Below are positions 54,761 to 64,000 of a DNA stretch of 64,000 nucleotides, in pieces; positions within the stretch are counted from its first letter, which is position 1; every line of letters starts with the position of its first letter. The stretch covers positions 448,001 to 512,000 of the forward strand of contig CAWHIJ010000003.1 in NCBI GenBank assembly GCA_963829525.1. The letters run 5' to 3'. Made by a program: the position numbers and the translations under genes. The DNA comes from an uncultured Actinomycetota bacterium. Lineage in GTDB: Bacteria > Actinomycetota > Actinomycetes > JAHEKZ01. The notes under the pieces were generated by a model that was given only the letters and a program-made list of their open reading frames with translations, searched no databases and was not told where the DNA came from.

Positions 54761-55911
54761 TCCAGCACCGACACCGACCCGGCCAGCGCCGCTCCCACTT
54801 GCTCCAGCCCGTGTAGGTCGTGTACGTCCCCTGGCAGCGCAGGGGCCGCGACCACTGCGACGTCTGGGTGCGCTCCGGTGAAGCGGCCCAGCAGATGACG
54901 CTCGCGGTCTCTCACGCGCATCGTTGCGGCGTGCAGCCGCAGTAGAGCCGCGGTGAGTTCATGGTCGTGCGTCTCGTCGAGGTCCTCGGCCGCACCCTCA
55001 GCACGAGCCGCAGAGACGTCAGGCGCCTCGGTGGTATGGACCCGGTTGAGCACAAGACCGGCGAGCGGCATCGAGTCCTGTTGCAGGCGTTCGACGAAGA
55101 ATGACGCCTCGCGGAGGGCATCGGTCTCGGGTGCGGCCACGACCACGAACGCGGTCCCCGGATCCTGTAGGAGGGCGTAGGTGCGTTCTGCGCGCTCTCG
55201 AAAGCCACCGAAGACAGAGTCGAGTCCGGCCACCAGGGTCTGCAAGTCGTTGAGCAGCTGAGCGCCGAGAATCTTGTTCAGTGAAGAAGTCACCAAAGAG
55301 AATGCTCCCCCGAACACCTTCATGTAGGCCTTGCCTCCAGCCCTGGCTGGGGCCAGCAGAATTCGGATGAACCGACCATCGAGAAAGACGCCGAGCCGCG
55401 CGGGAGCGTCAAGGAAATCGAGCGCAGATCGACTCGGAGGAGTGTCAACGATCACCAAGTCCCATTCGCCGTTCTCGATGGCCTCGCGATGCAGCTGTCC
55501 CAGCTTCTCCATCGCCATGTACTCCTGTGTTCCCGCGAAGGAGCTGGACAGCGATTGGTACAGGGGGTTCTGCAGGATTTGTTCGGCGCGAACGGGATCG
55601 GCATGCTGCTGCACGATCTCATCGAAGGTGCGCTTCATATCCAGCATCATCGCGAAGAGCGCGCCGCCATCTTGGCCGACGTTGACGATGGCCCTCGGGG
55701 TGTTGTCGAGTTCTTTGAGTCCGAGTGACTGCGCAAGCCTTCGCGCTGGGTCGATCGTCAGGACGCAGACCCTGCGTCCTCGTTGTGCAGCCCGGACACC
55801 AAGGCTTGCCGCAGTGGTGGTCTTTCCGACGCCGCCGGCCCCGCAGCACACGATGATGGTTGTCTCCGGGTCGTGCAGGAGGGCGTCGACGTCGAGAGGC
55901 TGCGCAGTCAC
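54757..55911 (-). CDS. ArsA/Get3-like ATPase
   Basis: GAGGVGKTT, IDPARRLA, GTQEYMAME, DTPP. Confidence 0.9.
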   Translation of the reverse strand: MTAQPLDVDALLHDPETTIIVCCGAGGVGKTTTAASLGVRAAQRGRRVCVLTIDPARRLAQSLGLKELDNTPRAIVNVGQDGGALFAMMLDMKRTFDEIVQQHADPVRAEQILQNPLYQSLSSSFAGTQEYMAMEKLGQLHREAIENGEWDLVIVDTPPSRSALDFLDAPARLGVFLDGRFIRILLAPARAGGKAYMKVFGGAFSLVTSSLNKILGAQLLNDLQTLVAGLDSVFGGFRERAERTYALLQDPGTAFVVVAAPETDALREASFFVERLQQDSMPLAGLVLNRVHTTEAPDVSAARAEGAAEDLDETHDHELTAALLRLHAATMRVRDRERHLLGRFTGAHPDVAVVAAPALPGDVHDLHGLEQVGAALAGSVSVLD

Positions 55912-56894
55912 CACGGCACCTCGCTTTGTGTGTGTCCCAACAGATCGCTCAGCTCGTACAGCCCGGCAAGGTCGACACCGTCGGCGAGCCATGGCAGCTC
56001 GACCACTGGATGACCGAGGCCGGCCACCTGTTTGCGCTCGACCCGCTCGAGATCAACCCGCTCAGCATGACTGGATGCCTCACGCGTGAGTGCGTCGAGC
56101 AGTCCGTCATGGCCGGTGAGACCGGCCGCTTTCAGCCCAGCAGCGATCTCACTCTCGTCGAGCGTCCCTTTGCGCGCAGCCTGAAGCTGGGCTCGACGCA
56201 ATGCCGGACGCCGAGTCTGGTTGACGATGACTGCTCCAACGTGCAGGTCAAGCGCACGAAGCTCTGCGACGGCGTCTGTCGTCTCTTGGACCGGCATCTC
56301 CTCGAGCAGCGTCACGATGTGCACTGAGGTGCGCGTCGAGTGGAGCAGGCCCATGATCGAGTCAGCTTGTCGTCGGATCGGGCCGACCTTCGCAAGACCG
56401 GCCACCTCGGCATTGACGTTGAGGAAGCGTCCGATCCGGCCCGTCGGCGGCGCGTCCACCACAACGGCGTCGTATGTGTACTGCTGCCCCTGGCGGCGGC
56501 GGGTTGCCTCGAACGCCTTACCCGTGAGAAGAACATCCCGGACGCCAGGCGCCACGGTGGTAGCAAACTCGACGACGCCAACCTTGCGGAGCGCTTTGCC
56601 GGCGCGCCCGAGATGGTAGTAGAGATCGAGGTACTCGTAGAGCGCGTCCTCCGGGTCGATGGCCAGCGCATACACATCGCCACTACCTCGAGCGATGGCG
56701 ACCTTGCGCTCTTCGTAAGGCAGTGGTGGGACATCGAAGAGCTGGGCGATGCCCTGACGGCCCTCGACCTCGATGAGGAGGACACGCCGTCCGTTGGACG
56801 CCAGGTGCAGCGCGAGCGCCGCTGCTGCCGTTGTCTTGCCTGTGCCACCCTTGCCGGTTACGACGTGCAACCGCGTCCGACTCTGTGCTCCCAC
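55908..56894 (-). CDS. ArsA/Get3-like ATPase (partner subunit)
   Basis: GKGGTGKTT, APG.RDVLL.GK, DAPPTG, EEMPVQE. Confidence 0.9.
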   Translation of the reverse strand: MGAQSRTRLHVVTGKGGTGKTTAAAALALHLASNGRRVLLIEVEGRQGIAQLFDVPPLPYEERKVAIARGSGDVYALAIDPEDALYEYLDLYYHLGRAGKALRKVGVVEFATTVAPGVRDVLLTGKAFEATRRRQGQQYTYDAVVVDAPPTGRIGRFLNVNAEVAGLAKVGPIRRQADSIMGLLHSTRTSVHIVTLLEEMPVQETTDAVAELRALDLHVGAVIVNQTRRPALRRAQLQAARKGTLDESEIAAGLKAAGLTGHDGLLDALTREASSHAERVDLERVERKQVAGLGHPVVELPWLADGVDLAGLYELSDLLGHTQSEVPW

Positions 56895-56958
56895 GTGTCT
56901 GACACTACGCGCAGCTCGCGGCTTAGGCGCGACCTCCCGTGGCAGCTAGGGTGACGCC

Positions 56959-57117
56959 ATGACCAAGTGGGAGTACGCAACAGCGCCGTTGTTAATCCAT
57001 GCGACCAAGCAGATCCTCGACACCTGGGGCCAGGACGGTTGGGAACTGGTCCAGGTCGTCCCAGGGCCGAACGCCGAGCAGCTCGTCGCTTACTTCAAGC
57101 GGCCATTGGAGAACTGA
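56959..57117 (+). CDS. DUF4177 small protein
   Basis: Not in the ORF track; translates as MTKWEYATAPLLIHATKQILDTWGQDGWELVQVVPGPNAEQLVAYFKRPLEN. Confidence 0.85.
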   Translation: MTKWEYATAPLLIHATKQILDTWGQDGWELVQVVPGPNAEQLVAYFKRPLEN

Positions 57118-57578
57118 TGTCGACGCCGGAGCAGCGACTGGCTGAGCTCGGTCTGGAGCTTCCTGAGGTCGTGACGCCGCTGGCCTCATACGTGCCAGCC
57201 GTGCGGTCCGGCTCGTATGTGTACACCTCCGGCCAGGTGCCCATGGTGCACGGCACGATGCAGGTGACCGGCAAGGTGGGAGCCGACGTCGACCCCGAGA
57301 CCGCGAAGGACGCAGCGCGCACCTGCGCCCTGAACGCCCTAGCCGCTGTCCGATCGATCACAGGTGACCTTTCGGCGGTGACCCGCGTCGTCAAGGTCGT
57401 CGGTTACGTCGCAAGCACCCCTGACTTCACCGGGCAGCCCGGCGTTGTGAATGGCGCCAGCGATCTGCTGGGACACGTCTTCGGTGATGCCGGGGCCCAC
57501 GCCCGTAGCGCCGTTGGTGTCGTGTCGCTGCCGCTCGACGCTCCTGTCGAGGTGGAGCTCATCGTCGAGGTGGGCTGA
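57117..57578 (+). CDS. RidA-family protein
   Basis: [38 protein letters not shown]. Confidence 0.9.
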   Translation: MSTPEQRLAELGLELPEVVTPLASYVPAVRSGSYVYTSGQVPMVHGTMQVTGKVGADVDPETAKDAARTCALNALAAVRSITGDLSAVTRVVKVVGYVASTPDFTGQPGVVNGASDLLGHVFGDAGAHARSAVGVVSLPLDAPVEVELIVEVG

Positions 57579-57579
57579 C

Positions 57580-58062
57580 ATGGATGTCGTAGAAACCGTC
57601 TTGCCCGGCGTCGGGCTGCGGTACGAGTTCACCCTCGAGTCGGGTCTGCACATCGCTGTCATCGCCAAGCGGAGCGAGCGGTTCGCTATCTTCTCGTTCA
57701 GCTCCGAGGATCCGGACGTGGCCACGTCTCTTCTGGAGCTCGAGGAGGAAGAGGCAGCCACGTTGGCGGAGATCCTCGGGGCGCCGCGGATCGCGGTGAA
57801 GTTCGCTGACCTCACCAGAGAGGTGCCGGGTCTGGCCTCGCAACAGATCGAGATCCTTGACGGGTCGCCGTACGCCGGTCGCACGCTCGGCGACACAAAG
57901 GCGCGCACCATGACTGGAGCGTCGGTTGTGGCACTCGTGCACGAGGACGTCGTGGTCGCGTCACCAGAGCCGTCGCAACCCCTTCGCGCAGGTGACGTGC
58001 TGGTCGTCATCGGCACTGCCGACGGCATCACCAAGCTTCGGACGTTGCTCGGAGCGTCATGA
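57580..58062 (+). CDS. KhtT-like cation:proton antiporter regulatory subunit (RCK_C)
   Basis: ET.LPGVG.RYEF, DPD, R..TGASVVA, GD.LVVIG. Confidence 0.85.
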   Translation: MDVVETVLPGVGLRYEFTLESGLHIAVIAKRSERFAIFSFSSEDPDVATSLLELEEEEAATLAEILGAPRIAVKFADLTREVPGLASQQIEILDGSPYAGRTLGDTKARTMTGASVVALVHEDVVVASPEPSQPLRAGDVLVVIGTADGITKLRTLLGAS

Positions 58063-59261
58063 ACGCAGCGGCGCCCGTCTTGGTGGCCCAGGTCTTGCCG
58101 GACGCCGCCGATCTCCTGCTGGAGGTCGGCGCCGTTCTCTTCCTCCTGGGGATCCTCGGTGGCTTTGCCCGACGCCTAGGGCTCTCACCGGTGCCGCTCT
58201 ACCTGCTTGCGGGACTAGCGCTCGGTGAGGGTGGAGCAGTCTCTCTCAACGCCTCCTCGGCGTTCCTTCAGGTGGGGGCAGAGCTCGGGCTTGTCCTTCT
58301 GCTCCTGACCTTGGGCCTGGAGTTCTCGGCGGAAGAGTTCGCCTCCAGCATGCGCCGGCACGTACCGTCGGGAGTGCTCGACTTCGTCCTCAACGCAACC
58401 CCCGGTGCGGTGGCGGGGTGGCTGATCACCGAGACCTGGTCGGGTGCTCTGGTGATGGCAGGGGTGACATGGGTGTCGTCGTCGGGAATCGTCGCGCGGG
58501 TGGTCAGTGACCTCGGCCGGCTGGCGAACCGCGAGACACCGTCGGTGCTGGCGGTCCTGGTGCTTGAGGACATCGCAATGGCGGTCTACCTTCCGCTGGT
58601 TGCGGTTGCTGTAGCTGGGGGCGGTGTCGTTGCCGGGCTGATCGGCGTGGGGGCTTCGGTGACCGCGGTTCTTGTGGTGCTGATCGGGTCCCGCTACTTC
58701 GGGGAGCGGATCGGACACCGACTCACCGACGCCGAGGACGAGCAGGTGCTTCTTCGTGTCTTCGGTATCACGTTGGTAGTGGCCGGGCTCACCACAATGC
58801 TGGATGCCTCAGCAGCGGTTGGAGCCTTCCTCGTCGGTGTGGCCCTGACTGGTCAGGCCGCCCGGCGATCGCGCGAGCTGCTCGGGCCGCTTCGAGACGT
58901 CTTCGCCGCTGTCTTCTTCGTCTCGTTCGGTCTGTCGATCGACCCGTCGACGCTCCCCCCTGCCTTGCTTGTGGCCAGCGTCTTGGCGGCGGTGACGTTG
59001 GTGACCAAGGTGCTCGTCGGGTGGTACGCCGCCTCCCGAGACGGCGTCGGACCGCGTGGCCGGATGCGGGCCGGCACTGTCCTGGCCGCCCGTGGCGAGT
59101 TCGCCGTCGTGATTGCCGGTCTTGCCGTCGCGGAGGGGATCGATGACGTCGGTGCGATCACCGCCGCATACGTGCTGATCCTCGCCATCGTCGCACCAGT
59201 GCTGTCCCGCTACGGGGATTCCTTGGCGAGGCCGTTCCTCCCGAAGGTGGTGACTGTATGA
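58059..59261 (+). CDS. CPA2 cation:proton antiporter (KhtU-like)
   Basis: LLL..LGLEFS, SSSGIV, LVLED, GAFLVG, PLRD.FAA.FF, RGEF; many TM helices. Confidence 0.88.
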   Translation: MNAAAPVLVAQVLPDAADLLLEVGAVLFLLGILGGFARRLGLSPVPLYLLAGLALGEGGAVSLNASSAFLQVGAELGLVLLLLTLGLEFSAEEFASSMRRHVPSGVLDFVLNATPGAVAGWLITETWSGALVMAGVTWVSSSGIVARVVSDLGRLANRETPSVLAVLVLEDIAMAVYLPLVAVAVAGGGVVAGLIGVGASVTAVLVVLIGSRYFGERIGHRLTDAEDEQVLLRVFGITLVVAGLTTMLDASAAVGAFLVGVALTGQAARRSRELLGPLRDVFAAVFFVSFGLSIDPSTLPPALLVASVLAAVTLVTKVLVGWYAASRDGVGPRGRMRAGTVLAARGEFAVVIAGLAVAEGIDDVGAITAAYVLILAIVAPVLSRYGDSLARPFLPKVVTV

Positions 59262-59839
59262 CCGATCCGATGCCCATCCGTCCCGCCGCCACCGTGGTGT
59301 TGCTGCGTGACGGCGCGGACGGTCTCGAGGTCTGGCTGCAGCAGCGAGCCACGACCCTGGCGTTCGCCGCCGGAATGTACGCATTTCCCGGGGGGCGCGT
59401 CGATGATGACGAAGAGGTCTCTGCGGTCGCGCACGACGTTTCTGTCGAGGCGAAGGTGTGGGGTGACGATGACCTCGCGGTGGTCCGAGCGCATCTGGCT
59501 GCCGCTGCGCGCGAGACGTGGGAGGAGAGCGGCGTCCAGCTCGACCCCGCCGCGCTGAGGCCATGGGCGCGTTGGGTGACTCCGCCTGGTGATACTCGCC
59601 GATTCGATGCCCGCTTCTATCTTGCGGCGTGCCCTCCCGACCAGAAGCCGGAGCCACTCACAGGCGAGGTGGAGACCGGCTCCTGGTTCGTCGTACAAGC
59701 CGCCGTCAATGCCTTTGCCGCCGGGACGCTCCCGATGTGGCCGCCTACCATCAGCACCCTGACGTCGTTGGCGGCGTTCGACAGCGTCGTGACCGCTTTG
59801 GCGGCTGCTCCCACTCACATCGAGGCGGTGACCGAATGA
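59258..59839 (+). CDS. NUDIX hydrolase
   Basis: RPAATVVLLR, FPGG.VD, AARET.EE.GV, WVTP...RRFD.RF, PPT. Confidence 0.88.
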   Translation: MTDPMPIRPAATVVLLRDGADGLEVWLQQRATTLAFAAGMYAFPGGRVDDDEEVSAVAHDVSVEAKVWGDDDLAVVRAHLAAAARETWEESGVQLDPAALRPWARWVTPPGDTRRFDARFYLAACPPDQKPEPLTGEVETGSWFVVQAAVNAFAAGTLPMWPPTISTLTSLAAFDSVVTALAAAPTHIEAVTE

Positions 59840-60657
59840 TCGAACCGGTTGAAGGTGTCGCACCCCAGCGGGCGAGGTGTGTCACGGCATCGAACCCAGG
59901 GCTGCTGACCTTGGCAGGCACCAACACCTGGGTGCTCTTCGAGCTCGACGCGGAGCGGTGCATCGTCGTCGATCCAGGTCCCGATGACCCCGCTCACCGA
60001 GATGCTGTCCTCGTCGAGGTGGAGCGAGCCGGGTGCGAGGTGGCGCTGATCGTGTTGACTCACGGTCACCTCGATCATTCGGGGTCAGTTGACGCATTGC
60101 ATGCAATGACCCAGGCACCGGTCCGCGCGCTTGACCCGGCGTGGTGTCGGGGCACGGTCCCGCTGCGGGACCGTGAGCAGATTGAGGTCGACGGTCTCAC
60201 CTTGGAGGTCATCGCCACTCCGGGCCACACCGCTGACTCGGTCTGCCTTTACCTCCCGCGTGACGGCGCGCTGCTCACCGGAGACACCATCTTGGGCGAA
60301 GGGTCCTCACTCATTGCCTGGCCGGATGGGCGCCTTGGCGACTACCTGGGCTCGCTCAAGCGGTTGCGCGACTTGGCGGCGGCCGGAGCCTCGCTCACCT
60401 TGCTGCCCGGACATGGTCCTCTGGTGCTGTGGGGGCTGCCCGCAATCGACACACTCATCGCGCACCGCACCAAGCGTCTGACACAGGTCACCGACGTCCT
60501 GAATGCAGGCGCTTCAACAGTTGGTGAAGTAGTGACAGCTGTCTACGGCCTTCCAGGCCCGGCGCTGCACGACGTCGTCATTGCACAGGTACAAGCCCAG
60601 CTGGAGTACCTGTCGGCCAAGGGGAACTCCCGGGCGGCCCACGCAATGCACGGGTGA
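59836..60657 (+). CDS. MBL-fold metallo-hydrolase
   Basis: NPG..TL.GTNTW, THGHLDH, TPGHT.D, TGD, PGHG. Confidence 0.9.
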   Translation: MIEPVEGVAPQRARCVTASNPGLLTLAGTNTWVLFELDAERCIVVDPGPDDPAHRDAVLVEVERAGCEVALIVLTHGHLDHSGSVDALHAMTQAPVRALDPAWCRGTVPLRDREQIEVDGLTLEVIATPGHTADSVCLYLPRDGALLTGDTILGEGSSLIAWPDGRLGDYLGSLKRLRDLAAAGASLTLLPGHGPLVLWGLPAIDTLIAHRTKRLTQVTDVLNAGASTVGEVVTAVYGLPGPALHDVVIAQVQAQLEYLSAKGNSRAAHAMHG

Positions 60658-60661
60658 CGTC

Positions 60662-61342
60662 TCAGCCAGCGCGTCGGGCTACGCGTTCGGCGTCGATGAG
60701 GATCACCGAACGGGCCTCGAGGCGGATCCACCCGCGTGAGGCGAAGTCAGCCAGCGACTTGTTGACCGTCTCACGCGAGGCACCGACCAACTGTGCGAGC
60801 TCTTCCTGGGTCAGGTCGTGGGCGACAAGGGTGCTGCCGTCTGGCTGCGGTTGGCCGAACTTGTCGGCGAGGTCGAGCAGTGCCTTGGCCACACGACCGG
60901 GAACGTCGCTGAAGACCAGGTCGGCCATGGCCTCGTTGGCGCGGCGTAGCCGTTGCGCAAGGGCCTGGAGCAGGGCTTCGGCGACCTCAGGCCGGCCGGT
61001 CAGCCACGGCCGCAGGTCCCGCTGGCTGAGCGAGAGCAACACCGAGTCGGTAACGGCCGACGCCGTTGAGGTGCGGGTGCCTGGATCGAAGAGTGAGAGC
61101 TCGCCGAACATCGCCCCGGGACCGAGGACACCCATCACCTGTTCGCGACCGTCGCCGGAAGTCTGGCCGAGCTTGATCTTGCCGTCGACGATGATGAACA
61201 GCCGGTCACCTGGCTGGCCCTCCGAGAAGACGACATCACCACGAGGAACGGTCTGGTGGCTCATGGTGGCGCGGAGCGCCGCCGCAGCCGCATCGTCGAG
61301 CGCGGCGAAGAGCGGTGTTCGCCGCAGGACGTCGTCGTCCAC
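60662..61342 (-). CDS. crp: Crp/Fnr-family cAMP receptor protein
   Basis: FGELSLFDPG.RTST cNMP site; LTQEELAQLVGASRETVNK HTH. Confidence 0.94.
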   Translation of the reverse strand: MDDDVLRRTPLFAALDDAAAAALRATMSHQTVPRGDVVFSEGQPGDRLFIIVDGKIKLGQTSGDGREQVMGVLGPGAMFGELSLFDPGTRTSTASAVTDSVLLSLSQRDLRPWLTGRPEVAEALLQALAQRLRRANEAMADLVFSDVPGRVAKALLDLADKFGQPQPDGSTLVAHDLTQEELAQLVGASRETVNKSLADFASRGWIRLEARSVILIDAERVARRAG

Positions 61343-61455
61343 GCACTCACCTCCGGGTCGATGTCAGCCGCAGGCGATCACGCTAATCCTCGGCTGACGC
61401 GCTGAACAGGCTAGGGGAGATTGTGGTGCTTCGGGAGACCGGGCGCCTCCGTCGG

Positions 61456-61986
61456 TCAGATCAGCTCATCCTGTGGAATTGGCAGAGCCGTGAGGGCAAG
61501 CCGTGGGTCTTCGCGGTAGCGGGCGATCAGCTCGCCGGTGGTCCCGGCGAGGCGTCTGTGCAAGGCGGCCCGGTAGGCCGATAGCTGCAGCTCGGCGAAG
61601 GACAGATCGCGCTTGAGCGCCTTGACCGACGACGGGTCGTCGGGGTCGGCCTCCCGAGCCCAGAGTCCGGCAAGGTCAGGGAGGGGAGGAACGTCGTCGA
61701 TCGGCATGATGTCGACAAGTGCCCCACGGCCGTTGCCAACCCTGGTCTCGGCCAAGGCGGTCCGGAGCCGGCCCAGGCGCACGCTGTCGTCGCCGCCGGA
61801 CAGCTCGATGAGGTCCATGCGTGCCTGAATCAGCCGGCGCCAGTAGGAGACGCGGTTCTCCTCGTCCCCCAGCGTGCGACGCTGCTCGCGCAGCGCCTTG
61901 AGGGTCAGGTGAGCGAACTCCTCACTGCGCTGCGGGACCTCCTTGGCCGCCGCCCGCGTTGTGCGTTCCTGTGACCGCGTGGTCAT
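61456..61986 (-). CDS. rsiG: RsiG/AmfC-like anti-sigma factor
   Basis: ENRVSYWRRLIQARMD fits E-x3-S-x2-R-x3-Q-x3-D; second helix ELQLSAYRAALH; ELIARYRE. Confidence 0.78.
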   Translation of the reverse strand: MTTRSQERTTRAAAKEVPQRSEEFAHLTLKALREQRRTLGDEENRVSYWRRLIQARMDLIELSGGDDSVRLGRLRTALAETRVGNGRGALVDIMPIDDVPPLPDLAGLWAREADPDDPSSVKALKRDLSFAELQLSAYRAALHRRLAGTTGELIARYREDPRLALTALPIPQDELI

Positions 61987-62102
61987 CTGGTCCTCTCACG
62001 ATCCCCGAAGTTCTTCATCGTCGAGATCGTCGGACTTGCCGGAACCCTTGAGGAAGCGTCACCCGTACGGTGGACGTGAGAGCTCGCGCCTAGGCTTGAC
62101 GA

Positions 62103-62834
62103 GTGACCACTCCCGGTATTCGCCGCTCGGCGGCCCGTTGGGCCGCTGAGACGCCCACGGGCCGGGTTCGCAGGGCACGGAAGATCAACAAGGAGCTCGC
62201 CGAGCTCTATCCCGATGCTCATTGCGAGCTGGACTTCACGACTCCCCTTGAGCTTCTGGTGGCCACCATCTTGTCGGCCCAGTGCACCGACAAGCGGGTG
62301 AACATGGTGACCCCGACACTCTTCGCCAAGTACCAGGATGCACAGTCGTACGCGGCGGCAGACCGCGTCGAACTCGAAGAGATCATCCGCTCCACTGGGT
62401 TCTTCAGGAGCAAGGCGAACTCGATCCGCACTTTGGGCCAGCAGCTTTGCGACCAGTTCGACGGAGAGGTTCCGGGACGGCTGAAAGACCTGGTCACCCT
62501 GCCGGGTGTCGGGCGGAAGACGGCCAACGTCGTCCTGGGGAACGCATTCGACGTGCCCGGGATCACGGTCGACACCCACTTCGGACGACTCTCGCGCAGG
62601 TTTGGTTGGACCGAGCAGAGCGACCCGGACAAGGTCGAGGCGGAGGTGGGGGCGCTCTTTCCCCGCAAAGACTGGACGCTTCTGTCGCACCGGTTGATCT
62701 GGCATGGCCGCCGCCGATGTCACGCACGAAGACCGGCCTGTGGCGCGTGCCCAGTCGCGCGGCTGTGTCCCGCGTACGGTGAAGGGCCGACCGAGGCGTC
62801 AGAGGCAGCCAAACTCGTCAAGGACGTGCCGTGA
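62103..62834 (+). CDS. nth: Endonuclease III
   Basis: [19 protein letters not shown] HhH, VDTH, C-x6-C-x2-C-x5-C Fe-S motif. Confidence 0.96.
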   Translation: MTTPGIRRSAARWAAETPTGRVRRARKINKELAELYPDAHCELDFTTPLELLVATILSAQCTDKRVNMVTPTLFAKYQDAQSYAAADRVELEEIIRSTGFFRSKANSIRTLGQQLCDQFDGEVPGRLKDLVTLPGVGRKTANVVLGNAFDVPGITVDTHFGRLSRRFGWTEQSDPDKVEAEVGALFPRKDWTLLSHRLIWHGRRRCHARRPACGACPVARLCPAYGEGPTEASEAAKLVKDVP

Positions 62835-63451
62835 GGCTGCGGTGCTGGGCGGGATACCTCGTTGTGTTCGGTGTCCTCGTTGCGACGGCGCTCTCTGGCT
62901 GCGCCCCCGAGCAGGGCGCGGGGGAACGGGTCCAGCCGAGCCAGGGCAGCTCGCTGTCGAACGCCGCGGAGGGTGCAGGATCGGTGTCTTCCATCGATCC
63001 CTGCCCCGAGTCAGGTGATCCGGTCGGCCGTGGTGACGGGCTCCCCGAGATGGTGCTTGCCTGCCTTGGCCGGGGCGACCCGGTTCAGATGGCGGGCCTG
63101 ACCGGACGCCCACGGTTGGTCAACATCTGGGCCAGCTGGTGTGGGCCGTGCCGCGACGAGCTGCCATGGCTGCAGCAGGCGAACGAATCTGGGGAGGTTG
63201 ACGTCCTCGGGGTTGATGCTGAAGACCAAGCGAAGTCTGCCGGAGCGCTTCTGGCTGATCTCGACGTCACCTTCCCGTCGGTCTACGACCCCGAGAACCA
63301 GTTTGCCCGCGAGATCGGGATCGTCACCAAACCCACCACGCTGTTCGTGTCGAAGGAGGGCGAGGTCGTGTTTGTCCTACCAGGTGCGTTTGCCTCCTAC
63401 GATCAGATGCGCGACTTGGTGAGAACCCACCTCAACGTCGATCTGCCGTGA
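62831..63451 (+). CDS. TlpA-like thiol-disulfide oxidoreductase lipoprotein
   Basis: Lipobox LSGC; [13 protein letters not shown]. Confidence 0.9.
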   Translation: MRLRCWAGYLVVFGVLVATALSGCAPEQGAGERVQPSQGSSLSNAAEGAGSVSSIDPCPESGDPVGRGDGLPEMVLACLGRGDPVQMAGLTGRPRLVNIWASWCGPCRDELPWLQQANESGEVDVLGVDAEDQAKSAGALLADLDVTFPSVYDPENQFAREIGIVTKPTTLFVSKEGEVVFVLPGAFASYDQMRDLVRTHLNVDLP

Positions 63452-64000
63452 CGGCACCGGGGTGGATGTCACCACTGGTCGACGCAGTCAGCTCCGTCAC
63501 GGCGGACGAGCTGACGCGGTTCCCGGCGCCGCCGGATGCCGAGCATCGTTCCGCGGTCTTGGTGCTGATCGGTGAACAGGACGACGAACCGGACGTGCTG
63601 CTGATCGAACGAGCGCATGACATGCGCTCACACGCCGGGCAGCCGGCCTTCCCGGGCGGACGGGTGGACCCGGGTGACGTCGACGCTGCTGCTACCGCTT
63701 TGCGCGAGGCTGAGGAGGAGACCGGGCTCGACCCCAGCGGTGTGGAGGTTGTCGCAGTGCTGCCGGACCTGTTCATCCCCCCTAGCGGATTCGTGGTGAC
63801 GCCGGTGCTCGGCTGGTGGGAGCGTCCAACACCGGTGTTCGCAAAGGATCCTGCCGAGGTCTCGTCGGTGCATCGGGTGCCGATCGCTGAGCTCGCCGAC
63901 CCGAAGAGGCGCTGCCAGGTTCGCCATCCGAGCGGATTCGTCGGGCCGGCTTTTGAAGTTCGTGGCCTTCTTGTGTGGGGCTTTACCGGGGGTTTGGTCG
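63448..64000 (+). CDS. CoA pyrophosphatase (NUDIX), runs off the window
   Basis: SAVLVL, ERA..MRSHAGQPAFPGG, ALREAEEETGLD, VWGFTG. Confidence 0.9.
   Translation, partial: MTAPGWMSPLVDAVSSVTADELTRFPAPPDAEHRSAVLVLIGEQDDEPDVLLIERAHDMRSHAGQPAFPGGRVDPGDVDAAATALREAEEETGLDPSGVEVVAVLPDLFIPPSGFVVTPVLGWWERPTPVFAKDPAEVSSVHRVPIAELADPKRRCQVRHPSGFVGPAFEVRGLLVWGFTGGLV

Overview
High-GC actinobacterial chromosome segment, mostly conserved core genes. It runs from a LuxR/DUF4242 module through a galactofuranose cluster (glf, GlfT1-like and GlfT2-like transferases, three sulfotransferase-like genes) to rocD, pntAB, tadA, two tRNA-Ser genes, SRP RNA and dnaX-ebfC-recR-ask-asd. It ends with the ponA2-whiB4-ArsA-ridA-crp-nth-tlpA block. 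The main accessory feature is an ~11.6 kb element (38523-50154) integrated at the 3' end of tRNA-Pro(CGG) and bounded by a 25-bp direct repeat. It carries a tyrosine integrase, an excisionase and a MOBF relaxase-helicase, but no transfer or replication genes. Inside it are two diverged ~310-bp direct repeats with att-site-like architecture, whose paired 12-bp repeats differ by one base from those at the element's own ends. They bracket a ~4 kb cargo block, and one cuts off a multi-zinc-finger HNH-type gene. This possible cassette-accretion arrangement is the best candidate for something undescribed. Five small frameshifts in otherwise intact genes suggest consensus errors in the assembly, so pseudogene calls need read-level checks. 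All calls come from reading motifs by eye; no database searches were run.
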